In this document: piece by piece, positions 47,304 to 55,517 of the stretch
Numbering within the stretch: position 1 is the stretch's first letter
How the letters are laid out: every line of letters starts with the position of its first letter
Source of the DNA: an uncultured Roseivirgaceae bacterium
GTDB taxonomy: Bacteria > Bacteroidota > Bacteroidia > Cytophagales > Cyclobacteriaceae
DNA: 64,000 nucleotides
Assembly (NCBI GenBank): GCA_964596645.1
Contig: CAZQVB010000007.1
Location: 36,875-100,874, forward strand
Direction of reading: 5' to 3'
Program-made: the position numbers and the translations under genes
Notes under the pieces: generated by a model
The model's database searches: none
What the model was told of the DNA's origin: nothing
What the model saw: the letters and a program-made list of their open reading frames with translations, nothing else

Positions 47304-48452
47304 ATGCCATCTTCATTGAATGACAAAATGCGTACGCCGAAGCTGGCAAAGACCACCTACCAGTTTTTTGAAATAGTACACAAAGAGCGCACATTCATCA
47401 TCCTTATTGCCATTCTTGCTGTTTTGTGTTTCATAGTATACCCATATCCGCCCATTGCCATGTGGGTGGGTTTTGGCCTTGCCGGCTATGCCGCCATCGC
47501 CAACGACAGCATCCAAACCATAGGTACCTTCATTGCCTCCAACAAGCACAGAAAGTGGTACTACCTCTGGATGTTTATGGGCCTCATTTTCATCTTTACT
47601 ATACTCAACAGCTGGTTTCTCTACGATGGCGACGTAAGCAACCAGCGCCTGATGTCAAAAGGGTTTCGAACTGCCCCCGAGTCTTTTTCTTTCCTGCAAC
47701 TTGCCGCTCCGCTCATACTGCTCATCATCACGCGCATGCGCATGCCGGTGTCTACCACATTTTTACTGCTCAATGCTTTCACCACCAGCACCGGGGCCAT
47801 CTTTAGTGTGTTGTGGAAAAGCTTGAGCGGATATTTCCTGGCCTTCGTCACGGCCATTATTGTTTGGCTTTTGGTGGCGGCATTCATCAACAAGTATTTC
47901 AAAGGCCGGCCGGCAAAGTATTGGGTGGTGGTGCAGTGGATTACGAGCGGCATACTGTGGTCGGTGTGGATACAGCAAGATGCGGCCAATATAGCCATAT
48001 ACCTGCCGCGAAGCCTTTCGGTATGGCAGTTGGTGGCTTTTCTCAGCTATATTGTGCTGGGCCTCGGTTTGCTCTTCTACCTGAAAGGAGACAAAATTCA
48101 GGGTATTGTCGATGAAAAGTCTGGGGTGACCGACGTGCGCGCCGCTACACTGGTCGATTTTATATATGCCGCCCTACTTTACTACAAGCTGTTTGAAAGC
48201 ACCGTACCCATGAGCACCACCTGGCTGTTTCTCGGGCTGCTCGGCGGGCGCGAACTCGCCATCAGCATCACACGAAAAAAAGAGAAGAAGCGCAAAAAAT
48301 CGATCATCAAGGCACTGCGAATGATTGGCAAGGATATGGGTTATGCGCTCATCGGGCTGCTGATATCACTGATACTGGCCATATCCATCAATGAGGAAAT
48401 ACGCCACGAAACCTGGATGATCGTCAGGGATTTTTTCGCTTCGTTATTCTAA
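47304..48452 (+). CDS. Polytopic membrane protein, divergent PiT/PHO4-like
   Basis: IANDSIQTIGTFIAS resembles the PiT motif GANDVANAFGTSVGS. RMPVSTTFLLLNAF and VPMSTTWLFLGLLGG resemble the duplicated PiT motif PVSTTHxxxGxxxG, but with the His replaced. About ten transmembrane segments. Confidence 0.5.
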   Translation: MPSSLNDKMRTPKLAKTTYQFFEIVHKERTFIILIAILAVLCFIVYPYPPIAMWVGFGLAGYAAIANDSIQTIGTFIASNKHRKWYYLWMFMGLIFIFTILNSWFLYDGDVSNQRLMSKGFRTAPESFSFLQLAAPLILLIITRMRMPVSTTFLLLNAFTTSTGAIFSVLWKSLSGYFLAFVTAIIVWLLVAAFINKYFKGRPAKYWVVVQWITSGILWSVWIQQDAANIAIYLPRSLSVWQLVAFLSYIVLGLGLLFYLKGDKIQGIVDEKSGVTDVRAATLVDFIYAALLYYKLFESTVPMSTTWLFLGLLGGRELAISITRKKEKKRKKSIIKALRMIGKDMGYALIGLLISLILAISINEEIRHETWMIVRDFFASLF

Positions 48453-49640
48453 AAAGCCCAACTCGTTGATGGCCAGCCAGGCCATTAGCCCGGCGCCTAT
48501 CTCCAAAGCGTTTTCGTCGATATTGAAAGTGGGCGTATGTACACCCGACACAATGCCTTTTTCCTCATTGCGCACACCCAGCCTGTAAAAGCATGCGTCA
48601 GCGGCTTGTGAGTAAAAGGCAAAATCCTCGGCCGCCATCCAGGTGTCGAGGTCCAACACATTTTCTTGTCCTAGATAGGCCTCTGCACATTCGCGCATGC
48701 GCCGTGTGAGGGGCTCATTGTTGTACAAAAACGGGTAGCCGTCCATGATGTGAAAATCACAACTGCCACCCATGGCTTCGGCCAGTCCTTCGGCCAGCTT
48801 CTTCATCTTGCGGTGTGCCTCAGCGCGCCATGTTTCGTTCAGTGTGCGGAAGGTGCCCTCTATGCGCACTTCATCGGGTATGATGTTGGTGGCGCCGTTG
48901 GCCGATACCTTTCCAAATGACAGCACCGAAGGGATGGTAGGTGTGGCATGGCGGCTCACGATCTGCTGCAATGCCACAATGAGGTGAGAGGCGATGAGTA
49001 CAGGGTCGATAATCTTGTCGGGCATGGCGGCATGGCCGCCGCTGCCATGCACTGTAATGTACAGCTCGTCGGCACTGGCCATATACAGGCCGGGCTTGAA
49101 GCCGACCTTGCCCACCGGTATCAGCGGCATTACGTGCTGGCCGATTACATGCGATGGCTTGGGATTTTCCAGCACGCCTTCTTTGATCATTAACGATGCC
49201 CCACCCGGGGCCTTTTCTTCACCGGGCTGAAAGATGAGCTTAACTGTACCTTCAAACCGGCCGGAGAGGCTTTGCAAAATTTTGGCGGTACCCAGCAGAG
49301 AAGCGGTATGTACATCGTGCCCGCAGGCATGCATTATGCCGGGTTGCTGCGACCGATAAGGCACTTCGTTTTTCTCTTCTATGGGCAGAGCGTCCATATC
49401 GGCGCGCAGGGCAATGGTTTTAGCGCCGGGGTTTTTGCCTTCGATCAGTGCCACCAGTCCCGTGCCGGCCATTTCGCGGGTGTGGGTGATGCCCGTTTGC
49501 AGCAGCATCTCTGCTACATATTTCACCGTATTGTGCTCTTGAAAAGAAAGTTCAGGATGGGCATGTATGTGCCGGCGTATGGCTACGATCTCAGCGGCCG
49601 ACGACTGTGCCAGCGCCTTGATTTCCGATTGCATGTTCAT
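48444..49640 (-). CDS. M20 family amidohydrolase (N-acyl-L-amino-acid amidohydrolase / hippurate-hydrolase-like)
   Basis: Motifs HAHPELSFQE, RADMDALP, MHACGHDVH and QPGEE. Confidence 0.92.
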   Translation of the reverse strand: MNMQSEIKALAQSSAAEIVAIRRHIHAHPELSFQEHNTVKYVAEMLLQTGITHTREMAGTGLVALIEGKNPGAKTIALRADMDALPIEEKNEVPYRSQQPGIMHACGHDVHTASLLGTAKILQSLSGRFEGTVKLIFQPGEEKAPGGASLMIKEGVLENPKPSHVIGQHVMPLIPVGKVGFKPGLYMASADELYITVHGSGGHAAMPDKIIDPVLIASHLIVALQQIVSRHATPTIPSVLSFGKVSANGATNIIPDEVRIEGTFRTLNETWRAEAHRKMKKLAEGLAEAMGGSCDFHIMDGYPFLYNNEPLTRRMRECAEAYLGQENVLDLDTWMAAEDFAFYSQAADACFYRLGVRNEEKGIVSGVHTPTFNIDENALEIGAGLMAWLAINELGFLE

Positions 49641-49662
49641 AAAAGTTCGTTTTCTTGTATGG

Positions 49663-50166
49663 CTACTCGCCCGGAAATATGCGCTCGGGCACCAGCATGG
49701 CGCCAGGAAAATGCCGCCTGAGTTCGGTAAATGTTTTATTGGCCTCTATACGGCTGGAATATTCTCCCACACGCACCTTAAAGTTTGGCTGTACATACGC
49801 GAGCTTTGGGTTTTCGCCCGGTAGCAGTCTATAAATTTGTTGGCGTATTTCGTTTGCCTCTTCGCGGCTTCGGCCGGTATACACCTGCACTGTATATACA
49901 TCTATCGGCATGCGGGCGCTGTAGCCGGCAATACTGTCAATCACTGCTGCCAGTGGCTTGGTGATGTGGTTGGTAGGCTTCACATTTGGCACCTTTTCTC
50001 GCGTTGGCACCTCTGGCAGTTGCGCTTCCACAGGCGGCGCCTCAGGCCGGTAGCGTGCCAGGTCTTCTGTGTATTTTCCTTCGGAGCTTTTTACCACCAC
50101 CTTTTTGGCGCAGTGCTGAAAGGCCAGCGCAAAGAGCACGTAAATAATGATTGTCTTCTTCACCAT
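49663..50166 (-). CDS. SPOR domain-containing protein
   Basis: N-terminal signal/anchor MVKKTIIIYVLFALAF. The C-terminal SPOR-like repeat is YTVQVYTGRSREEANEIRQQIY...FKVRVGEYSSRIEANKTFTELR. I prefer the ATG at 50166 over the TTG at 50181. Confidence 0.75.
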   Translation of the reverse strand: MVKKTIIIYVLFALAFQHCAKKVVVKSSEGKYTEDLARYRPEAPPVEAQLPEVPTREKVPNVKPTNHITKPLAAVIDSIAGYSARMPIDVYTVQVYTGRSREEANEIRQQIYRLLPGENPKLAYVQPNFKVRVGEYSSRIEANKTFTELRRHFPGAMLVPERIFPGE

Positions 50167-50173
50167 ATTCTTT

Positions 50174-53100
50174 TTATACAATTACACATCGGTTGTGTAT
50201 CACGTCTTCTTCTACTGTTTTAAATTTCACGTCCTTTTTTACCGTACCATCGGTGTATTGCACGGTCACGCGCTCATTGCGCCCGGGCAGTTGCTCCGTC
50301 TTGCGCGGTGCCGGCTTTTCTATCGGTGGGCGGGTTTTGCCCTCACCGCCCCCGCCACCTTGCAGCAGTGAGCGCGATTCTTCTTTCGACTCGCTGTAGC
50401 GCTGGCCGCTGCGCCTGCGATTGCGCGTGGCCTCAGACAGTTCGTCTGGATTTTGTACCGGCAAATCTGCTTTGGTGAGGAAAGAAACCGTGTCTTCGTT
50501 GATGCGCGCAATGAGTTTTTTGAATAACTCAAATCCTTCAAATTTGTAGATCAACAAGGGATCTTTTTGCTCGTACACGGCATTTTGCACCGACTGCTTC
50601 AGGTCGTCCATCTCCCTCAGGTGCTCTTTCCATGCTACATCGATGATGGCCAGTGTGGCTATTTTTTCCAGGCTCAGTATCAGCTCACGGCATTCTGTCT
50701 CTACATTTTTAGCCAGGTTGGTGGCCACCGCTATCTGCTTCTTGCCATCGGTAAATGGCACCAGCACGTCCACCACTGTGGCGCCTTTATTTTTCTGGAT
50801 ATCCTTGAAAATGGGCGTCGCCCTGGCCGATGTCTGTTTGTTCTTCTCCTTATAAGTTCGGTACGTCTCCTGATAAAGACGCTCTGCAAGGCTTGCCGGC
50901 GCTATTTTTTGAAATTCTTCCTGTGAAATCTTAAAATCGATGCCCAACAGACTGATGGCATTGAGTCGCAGGCCGTCGAAGTCATCGCCATTTTTTGCGC
51001 TGGTGGCCATGTCTTCGCAGGTGTCGTACATCATATTCATGATGTCCAGCTGAAGGCGCTCGCCAAACAGTGCATTCTTTCGTCTTTTATAGATCACCTC
51101 CCTCTGTGAGTTCATCACGTCGTCGAACTCCAGCAGGCGCTTGCGTATGGAGAAGTTGTTTTCCTCTACCTTCTTCTGTGCGCGTTCTATGGATTTGGTG
51201 ATCATGGAGTGCTGTATCACTTCACCCTCTTTCAGGCCCATGCGGTCCATGAGGCGGGCGATCCTGTCGCTGCCAAAAATGCGCATCAGGTTGTCTTCCA
51301 AAGACACAAAAAACTGTGAGGTGCCCGGGTCGCCCTGCCGGCCCGACCGGCCGCGCAACTGCCTGTCGACACGGCGCGATTCGTGGCGCTCCGTACCGAT
51401 GATGGCCAGGCCGCCAGCCGCTTTCGACTCCGGCGTCAGCTTGATGTCGGTACCGCGGCCTGCCATGTTGGTGGCAATGGTGATGGTGCCCGGCCTGCCT
51501 GCATTGGCCACCACATCGGCCTCGCGCTGGTGCTGCTTGGCATTGAGCACCTGGTGGCTCATCTTGCGCAAGTTGAGCATACGGCTGAGCACTTCCGATA
51601 TTTCTACCGAGGTAGTACCGACGAGTACCGGCCGGCCTTTTTCGGTCAGCGCCTGTATTTCGTCTACTACGGCATTGAATTTTTCGCGCATGGTTTTGAA
51701 CACCATGTCTTCGCGGTCGTCGCGCACGATGGGCACATTGGTGGGTACCACCACCACGTCCAGCTTATAGATGTCCCAAAACTCCTGGGCTTCGGTTTCT
51801 GCAGTACCCGTCATGCCGGCCAGCTTGTGGTACATGCGGAAGTAGTTCTGCAGGGTAATGGTGGCGTAAGTCTGTGTGGCGTCTTCCACCTTCACATTTT
51901 CCTTAGCTTCTATGGCCTGGTGCAGGCCGTCGGAGTAGCGCCGGCCTTCCATTACACGGCCTGTTTGCTCATCAACAATTTTCACCTTGCCATCTACCAG
52001 TATATACTCCGTGTCTTTTTCAAACATGGTGTAGGCCTTCAGCAACTGGTTGATGGTGTGGATGCGGTCGGCTTTGGCGGTGTAATCCTTGATCAGCTCT
52101 TCTTTCTTTTTCAGTTTCTGCTGCTCATCCAGTGTGGCATCATTTTCCAGCGCAGCGATCTCCATGCCTATGTCGGGCAGTATGAAGAAGCTGTGATCTT
52201 CGCCTTCGCCGGTGATGAGGTCGAGCCCTTTTTCGGTGAGCTCAATGGCATTGGTCTTTTCTTCTATGGTAAAAAACAATGGCTCATCGGCCTCGGGCAT
52301 CATCTTGCTGTTGTCTTGCATGTAGAAGTTCTCCGTCTTCTGCAATACTTGTCGCACACCGGTTTCACTCAAGAATTTGATGAGTGGCTTGTACTTGGGC
52401 AGGCCACGGTAGGCGCGAAACAGCGGCAGGCCACCATCTTTTTCTTTGCCATCTTTCACCATTTTTTTTGCCTCGTTCAGAAATTGAGAGACTACCTTCT
52501 TCTGCTCTTCCACAAGCTTATGCACCCTGGGCTTCAGGTCATGAAACTGGTGAATATCGCCTTTGGGCACGGGGCCGGAAATGATCAGTGGAGTACGTGC
52601 ATCATCTACCAATACGGAGTCTACCTCATCTACCATGGCAAAATGGTGCTTGCCCTGCACCAGCTCGTCCACCTCTCTGGACATGTTGTCGCGCAGGTAG
52701 TCGAAGCCAAACTCATTGTTGGTGCCGTAGATGATGTCGCTCCTGTAGGCTTCGCGGCGTGCCTCGCTGTTGGGCTCATACTTATCGATGCAGTCTACCC
52801 TGAGCTGGTGAAACTGAAACAGGGGCGCCATCCACTCTGAGTCGCGCTTGGCCAGGTAGTCGTTTACCGTTACGATGTGTACGCCGCGCCTGGCCAGCGC
52901 ATTGAGAAAGGCCGGCAGCGTAGCCACCAAAGTCTTGCCCTCGCCGGTGGCCATTTCGGTGATCTTGCCCTGATGCAACACTACCCCGCCAATGAGCTGC
53001 ACATCGTAGTGCAGCATTTCCCATTTGATCTTAGTGCCGGCGGCTATCCATTCATTTTTCCATATGGCGTGGTCGCCCTGAATCTCTATATGCTCCCGGG

Positions 53101-53527
53101 TGGCCGCGAGTTGCTTATCGTACATGGTAGCCGTTACCTTCAGTTGCCCGGCTTCCTTGAAACGGCGCGCTGTCTCTTTCACTACGGCAAAGGCATCGGG
53201 CAGCACCTCCAGCAGTACATCTTCCAGCTTCTTGTTCCGCTCTTCTTCGAGTGCGTCTATCTGGTTAAAAATCTCTTCCTTGGCATGGATGTCCAACTCG
53301 GGCTCATCGTCGATCTTTTGGTGCAGTGATTGAATCTGCTGATCGGTTTCTTTAAGATGCTCGTCTATTCTTGCCTTTATCTCCTCTGTTTTGTCGCGGA
53401 GCTGATCGTCGCTTATGCCTTGCAGACCGGCATACGCTGCATTTGTTTTCTGCACATAGGGCAGCACCGATTTGATGTCGCGGTTGGATTTTGTACCAAA
53501 TATTTTAGTGAAAATATTGCCTATCAT
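50174..53527 (-). CDS. secA: Preprotein translocase ATPase SecA
   Basis: MATGEGKTLVA (Walker A), DEVDSVLVDDARTPLIISG, TNMAGRGTDI and RGRSGRQGDPG. 1117 aa. Confidence 0.99.
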   Translation of the reverse strand: MIGNIFTKIFGTKSNRDIKSVLPYVQKTNAAYAGLQGISDDQLRDKTEEIKARIDEHLKETDQQIQSLHQKIDDEPELDIHAKEEIFNQIDALEEERNKKLEDVLLEVLPDAFAVVKETARRFKEAGQLKVTATMYDKQLAATREHIEIQGDHAIWKNEWIAAGTKIKWEMLHYDVQLIGGVVLHQGKITEMATGEGKTLVATLPAFLNALARRGVHIVTVNDYLAKRDSEWMAPLFQFHQLRVDCIDKYEPNSEARREAYRSDIIYGTNNEFGFDYLRDNMSREVDELVQGKHHFAMVDEVDSVLVDDARTPLIISGPVPKGDIHQFHDLKPRVHKLVEEQKKVVSQFLNEAKKMVKDGKEKDGGLPLFRAYRGLPKYKPLIKFLSETGVRQVLQKTENFYMQDNSKMMPEADEPLFFTIEEKTNAIELTEKGLDLITGEGEDHSFFILPDIGMEIAALENDATLDEQQKLKKKEELIKDYTAKADRIHTINQLLKAYTMFEKDTEYILVDGKVKIVDEQTGRVMEGRRYSDGLHQAIEAKENVKVEDATQTYATITLQNYFRMYHKLAGMTGTAETEAQEFWDIYKLDVVVVPTNVPIVRDDREDMVFKTMREKFNAVVDEIQALTEKGRPVLVGTTSVEISEVLSRMLNLRKMSHQVLNAKQHQREADVVANAGRPGTITIATNMAGRGTDIKLTPESKAAGGLAIIGTERHESRRVDRQLRGRSGRQGDPGTSQFFVSLEDNLMRIFGSDRIARLMDRMGLKEGEVIQHSMITKSIERAQKKVEENNFSIRKRLLEFDDVMNSQREVIYKRRKNALFGERLQLDIMNMMYDTCEDMATSAKNGDDFDGLRLNAISLLGIDFKISQEEFQKIAPASLAERLYQETYRTYKEKNKQTSARATPIFKDIQKNKGATVVDVLVPFTDGKKQIAVATNLAKNVETECRELILSLEKIATLAIIDVAWKEHLREMDDLKQSVQNAVYEQKDPLLIYKFEGFELFKKLIARINEDTVSFLTKADLPVQNPDELSEATRNRRRSGQRYSESKEESRSLLQGGGGGEGKTRPPIEKPAPRKTEQLPGRNERVTVQYTDGTVKKDVKFKTVEEDVIHNRCVIV

Positions 53528-53555
53528 ATGGATGTCAATGGAATGTTAAACACGC

Positions 53556-53563
53556 CAAATTTA
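53556..53563 (-). promoter_or_regulatory. Candidate -7 box (TAAATTTG on the minus strand) for secA
   Basis: The plus strand reads CAAATTTA, 29 nt upstream of the secA ATG. Confidence 0.4.
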
Positions 53564-53666
53564 ATGCTTTTATGCCGGGAATGAATAAGAGCCACGGCGG
53601 ATTTCGATGGAGTGCCGACATAAACTGCGGGTGAAACGTTGAGTACTTTTGATATTTTCTGTCTGC

Positions 53667-55376
53667 CTACCGCCGCTTTCCAGCCCTTATTTCCGGATAT
53701 TCAGAATCGAAGCCATCCCAGTATTCTTGTACTGTCTTCTTCATTTCCTTGTGCAGCATCATAATGCCCACAAGATTGGGTAGCGTCATCAGGGCAATGG
53801 TGATGCCGGAGAACGTCCAGATGATGGTAGTATCGGTAAAGCTGGCAAGGAAAAACCCAAGCACATAGGCTATACGATAATACATCACCGAGCCCGGACC
53901 AAAAAGAAAGATCATGGACCTGTCCCCGTAGTATGACCAGGAAATGGCGGTAGAGAAGGCAAAAAGCAGCAGCCCTATGGCCACGATATACTGACCGTAA
54001 GGCCCCAATATACTTCTGGTGAAAGCCTCTGCCGTGAGCGGCGCGCTGTGTATCAGCGACCTTCCGGTAAGGGTAAAGGTGCCCGCCGTATCGTCGATGT
54101 CTCCCTCCTTTACTGGAAGTTCTCCTGTAAATGGTTTTTCATCCTTCAGCACGTGTACGTCTTCGGCTATAGAGCGCGCATGCAGCAGGGTAATGTCGTT
54201 TTGTATTTCACCCCCTTTCACATCCAGCAGTCCGGAGTAATATTCTATGGGTACATCGTGGTTCAGATGTTCGAACAACACCTGCAGGTCGGCTGGGTCG
54301 GACTCGTCGTAGCTTCTGTTCAGTATTTTAAGGTCGGTGCGTTGAAACTCATTGATGTGCTTTTCGTGCCACACGCCGGAAGAAAGAATAACCAAACCTG
54401 TGATGGTACAAATGATGATGGTGTCGATGAAGGGCTCAAGAATAGCCACCATGCCTTCTGAAACAGGCTCGTGCGCCCTGGCCGAAGCATGCGCAATGGG
54501 TGCCGAGCCCTGGCCTGCCTCATTGCTGAAAAGACCTCTGTTCACTCCGCGATTGAACGCAAAGGCAAATCCGGCACCCAGAAAGCCGCCACCCACTGCA
54601 GTGCCTGTGAACACATCGGTGAATATGGACAGGAAAGAAGGGACGATGTTTTCGTAATTGTATGCAATCACAAACAAAGCCCCTGCTATGTAAAGAATCG
54701 CCATGATGGGCACCAGCCTGGAAGTGACAGAGGCAATACGCCGTATGCCGCCTACGATGACCAGAAAGAGCAGCACAGCCAGTACGGCGCCAGTGAGCAT
54801 CTGATCTATTCCGAAGGTGGAAAACAGGATGTTGGAAATGTTATTGATCTGTGGCAGGTTGCCGGTACCAAATGAGCAGATCACCGTGGCCACGGCAAAG
54901 GCGATGGCAAGCCATTGGAAATTCACCTTTCGCCCAAACAGACGAAAATCTGCATTTTTCATGTAGTACATCGGCCCACCGGCCATGGTGCCATCGCTTA
55001 TTTTCTCTCGATATTTATGCGAAAGCGTTACTTCTACAAACTTGGTCGTCATGCCCAGGGCGGCCGTTACGAGCATCCAGAATATAGCCGCCGGGCCACC
55101 CAGGTATACCGCCAGCCCTACACCACCAATGTTGCCGGTACCCACCGTACCCGATAAGGCTGTGGCCAATGCCTGGAAATGTGTGGTGTCGCCTTCGTCG
55201 CCGGGGCGGTCGTACTTGCCACGTACGCAATTGAGCGCATGCCTGAAATATCGTATCTGCGGAAAGCGCAGGTAAATGGTGAAAAAAACACCCACACCCA
55301 AGAGCGCCAGGGTAAACCACTGCGCCCCCCCGATGTGATTGTTTATGACCTCGAGAATTTCGTGGAAGTGCTGCAT
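53667..55376 (-). CDS. Alanine/glycine:cation symporter (AGCS) family transporter with an inserted soluble domain
   Basis: I trimmed the start to [13 protein letters not shown]. Motifs [27 protein letters not shown] and [13 protein letters not shown]. An extra hydrophilic segment of roughly 100 aa lies between two C-terminal transmembrane segments. Confidence 0.9.
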   Translation of the reverse strand: MQHFHEILEVINNHIGGAQWFTLALLGVGVFFTIYLRFPQIRYFRHALNCVRGKYDRPGDEGDTTHFQALATALSGTVGTGNIGGVGLAVYLGGPAAIFWMLVTAALGMTTKFVEVTLSHKYREKISDGTMAGGPMYYMKNADFRLFGRKVNFQWLAIAFAVATVICSFGTGNLPQINNISNILFSTFGIDQMLTGAVLAVLLFLVIVGGIRRIASVTSRLVPIMAILYIAGALFVIAYNYENIVPSFLSIFTDVFTGTAVGGGFLGAGFAFAFNRGVNRGLFSNEAGQGSAPIAHASARAHEPVSEGMVAILEPFIDTIIICTITGLVILSSGVWHEKHINEFQRTDLKILNRSYDESDPADLQVLFEHLNHDVPIEYYSGLLDVKGGEIQNDITLLHARSIAEDVHVLKDEKPFTGELPVKEGDIDDTAGTFTLTGRSLIHSAPLTAEAFTRSILGPYGQYIVAIGLLLFAFSTAISWSYYGDRSMIFLFGPGSVMYYRIAYVLGFFLASFTDTTIIWTFSGITIALMTLPNLVGIMMLHKEMKKTVQEYWDGFDSEYPEIRAGKRR

Positions 55377-55461
55377 GCAAAAGAACCGTGATTGGCAAAA
55401 AGCCAAATCTAACAAAATAATGCAGTAGACCATGATGGCCTATGCACCCGCCCTCAAAGCA

Positions 55462-55490
55462 CAAGGGCCGGCGCTGATGGCCGGCCCTTG
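55462..55490 (-). terminator. Candidate terminator hairpin downstream of secDF
   Basis: An 11-bp GC-rich inverted repeat CAAGGGCCGGC / GCCGGCCCTTG with a 7-nt loop. On the minus strand it is followed by TGCTTTG, which is only a weak U-tract. Confidence 0.45.
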
Positions 55491-55517
55491 TAGAGACGAT
55501 TCGATTATTTAAAAATC

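Noticed and set aside
51383-52840. A 485-aa open reading frame on the plus strand, antisense to secA. A second antisense ORF of 209 aa lies at 51141-51770.
   Set aside because: - It lies entirely inside the highly conserved secA gene.
- Its composition (His/Gly/Val/Phe-rich, no motifs) is typical of a shadow frame.
- Antisense stops (TAA/TAG/TGA) correspond to sense TTA/CTA/TCA codons, which this gene rarely uses, so long antisense ORFs arise from codon bias alone.
- Only conservation beyond what secA imposes, or Ribo-seq data, would change this view.
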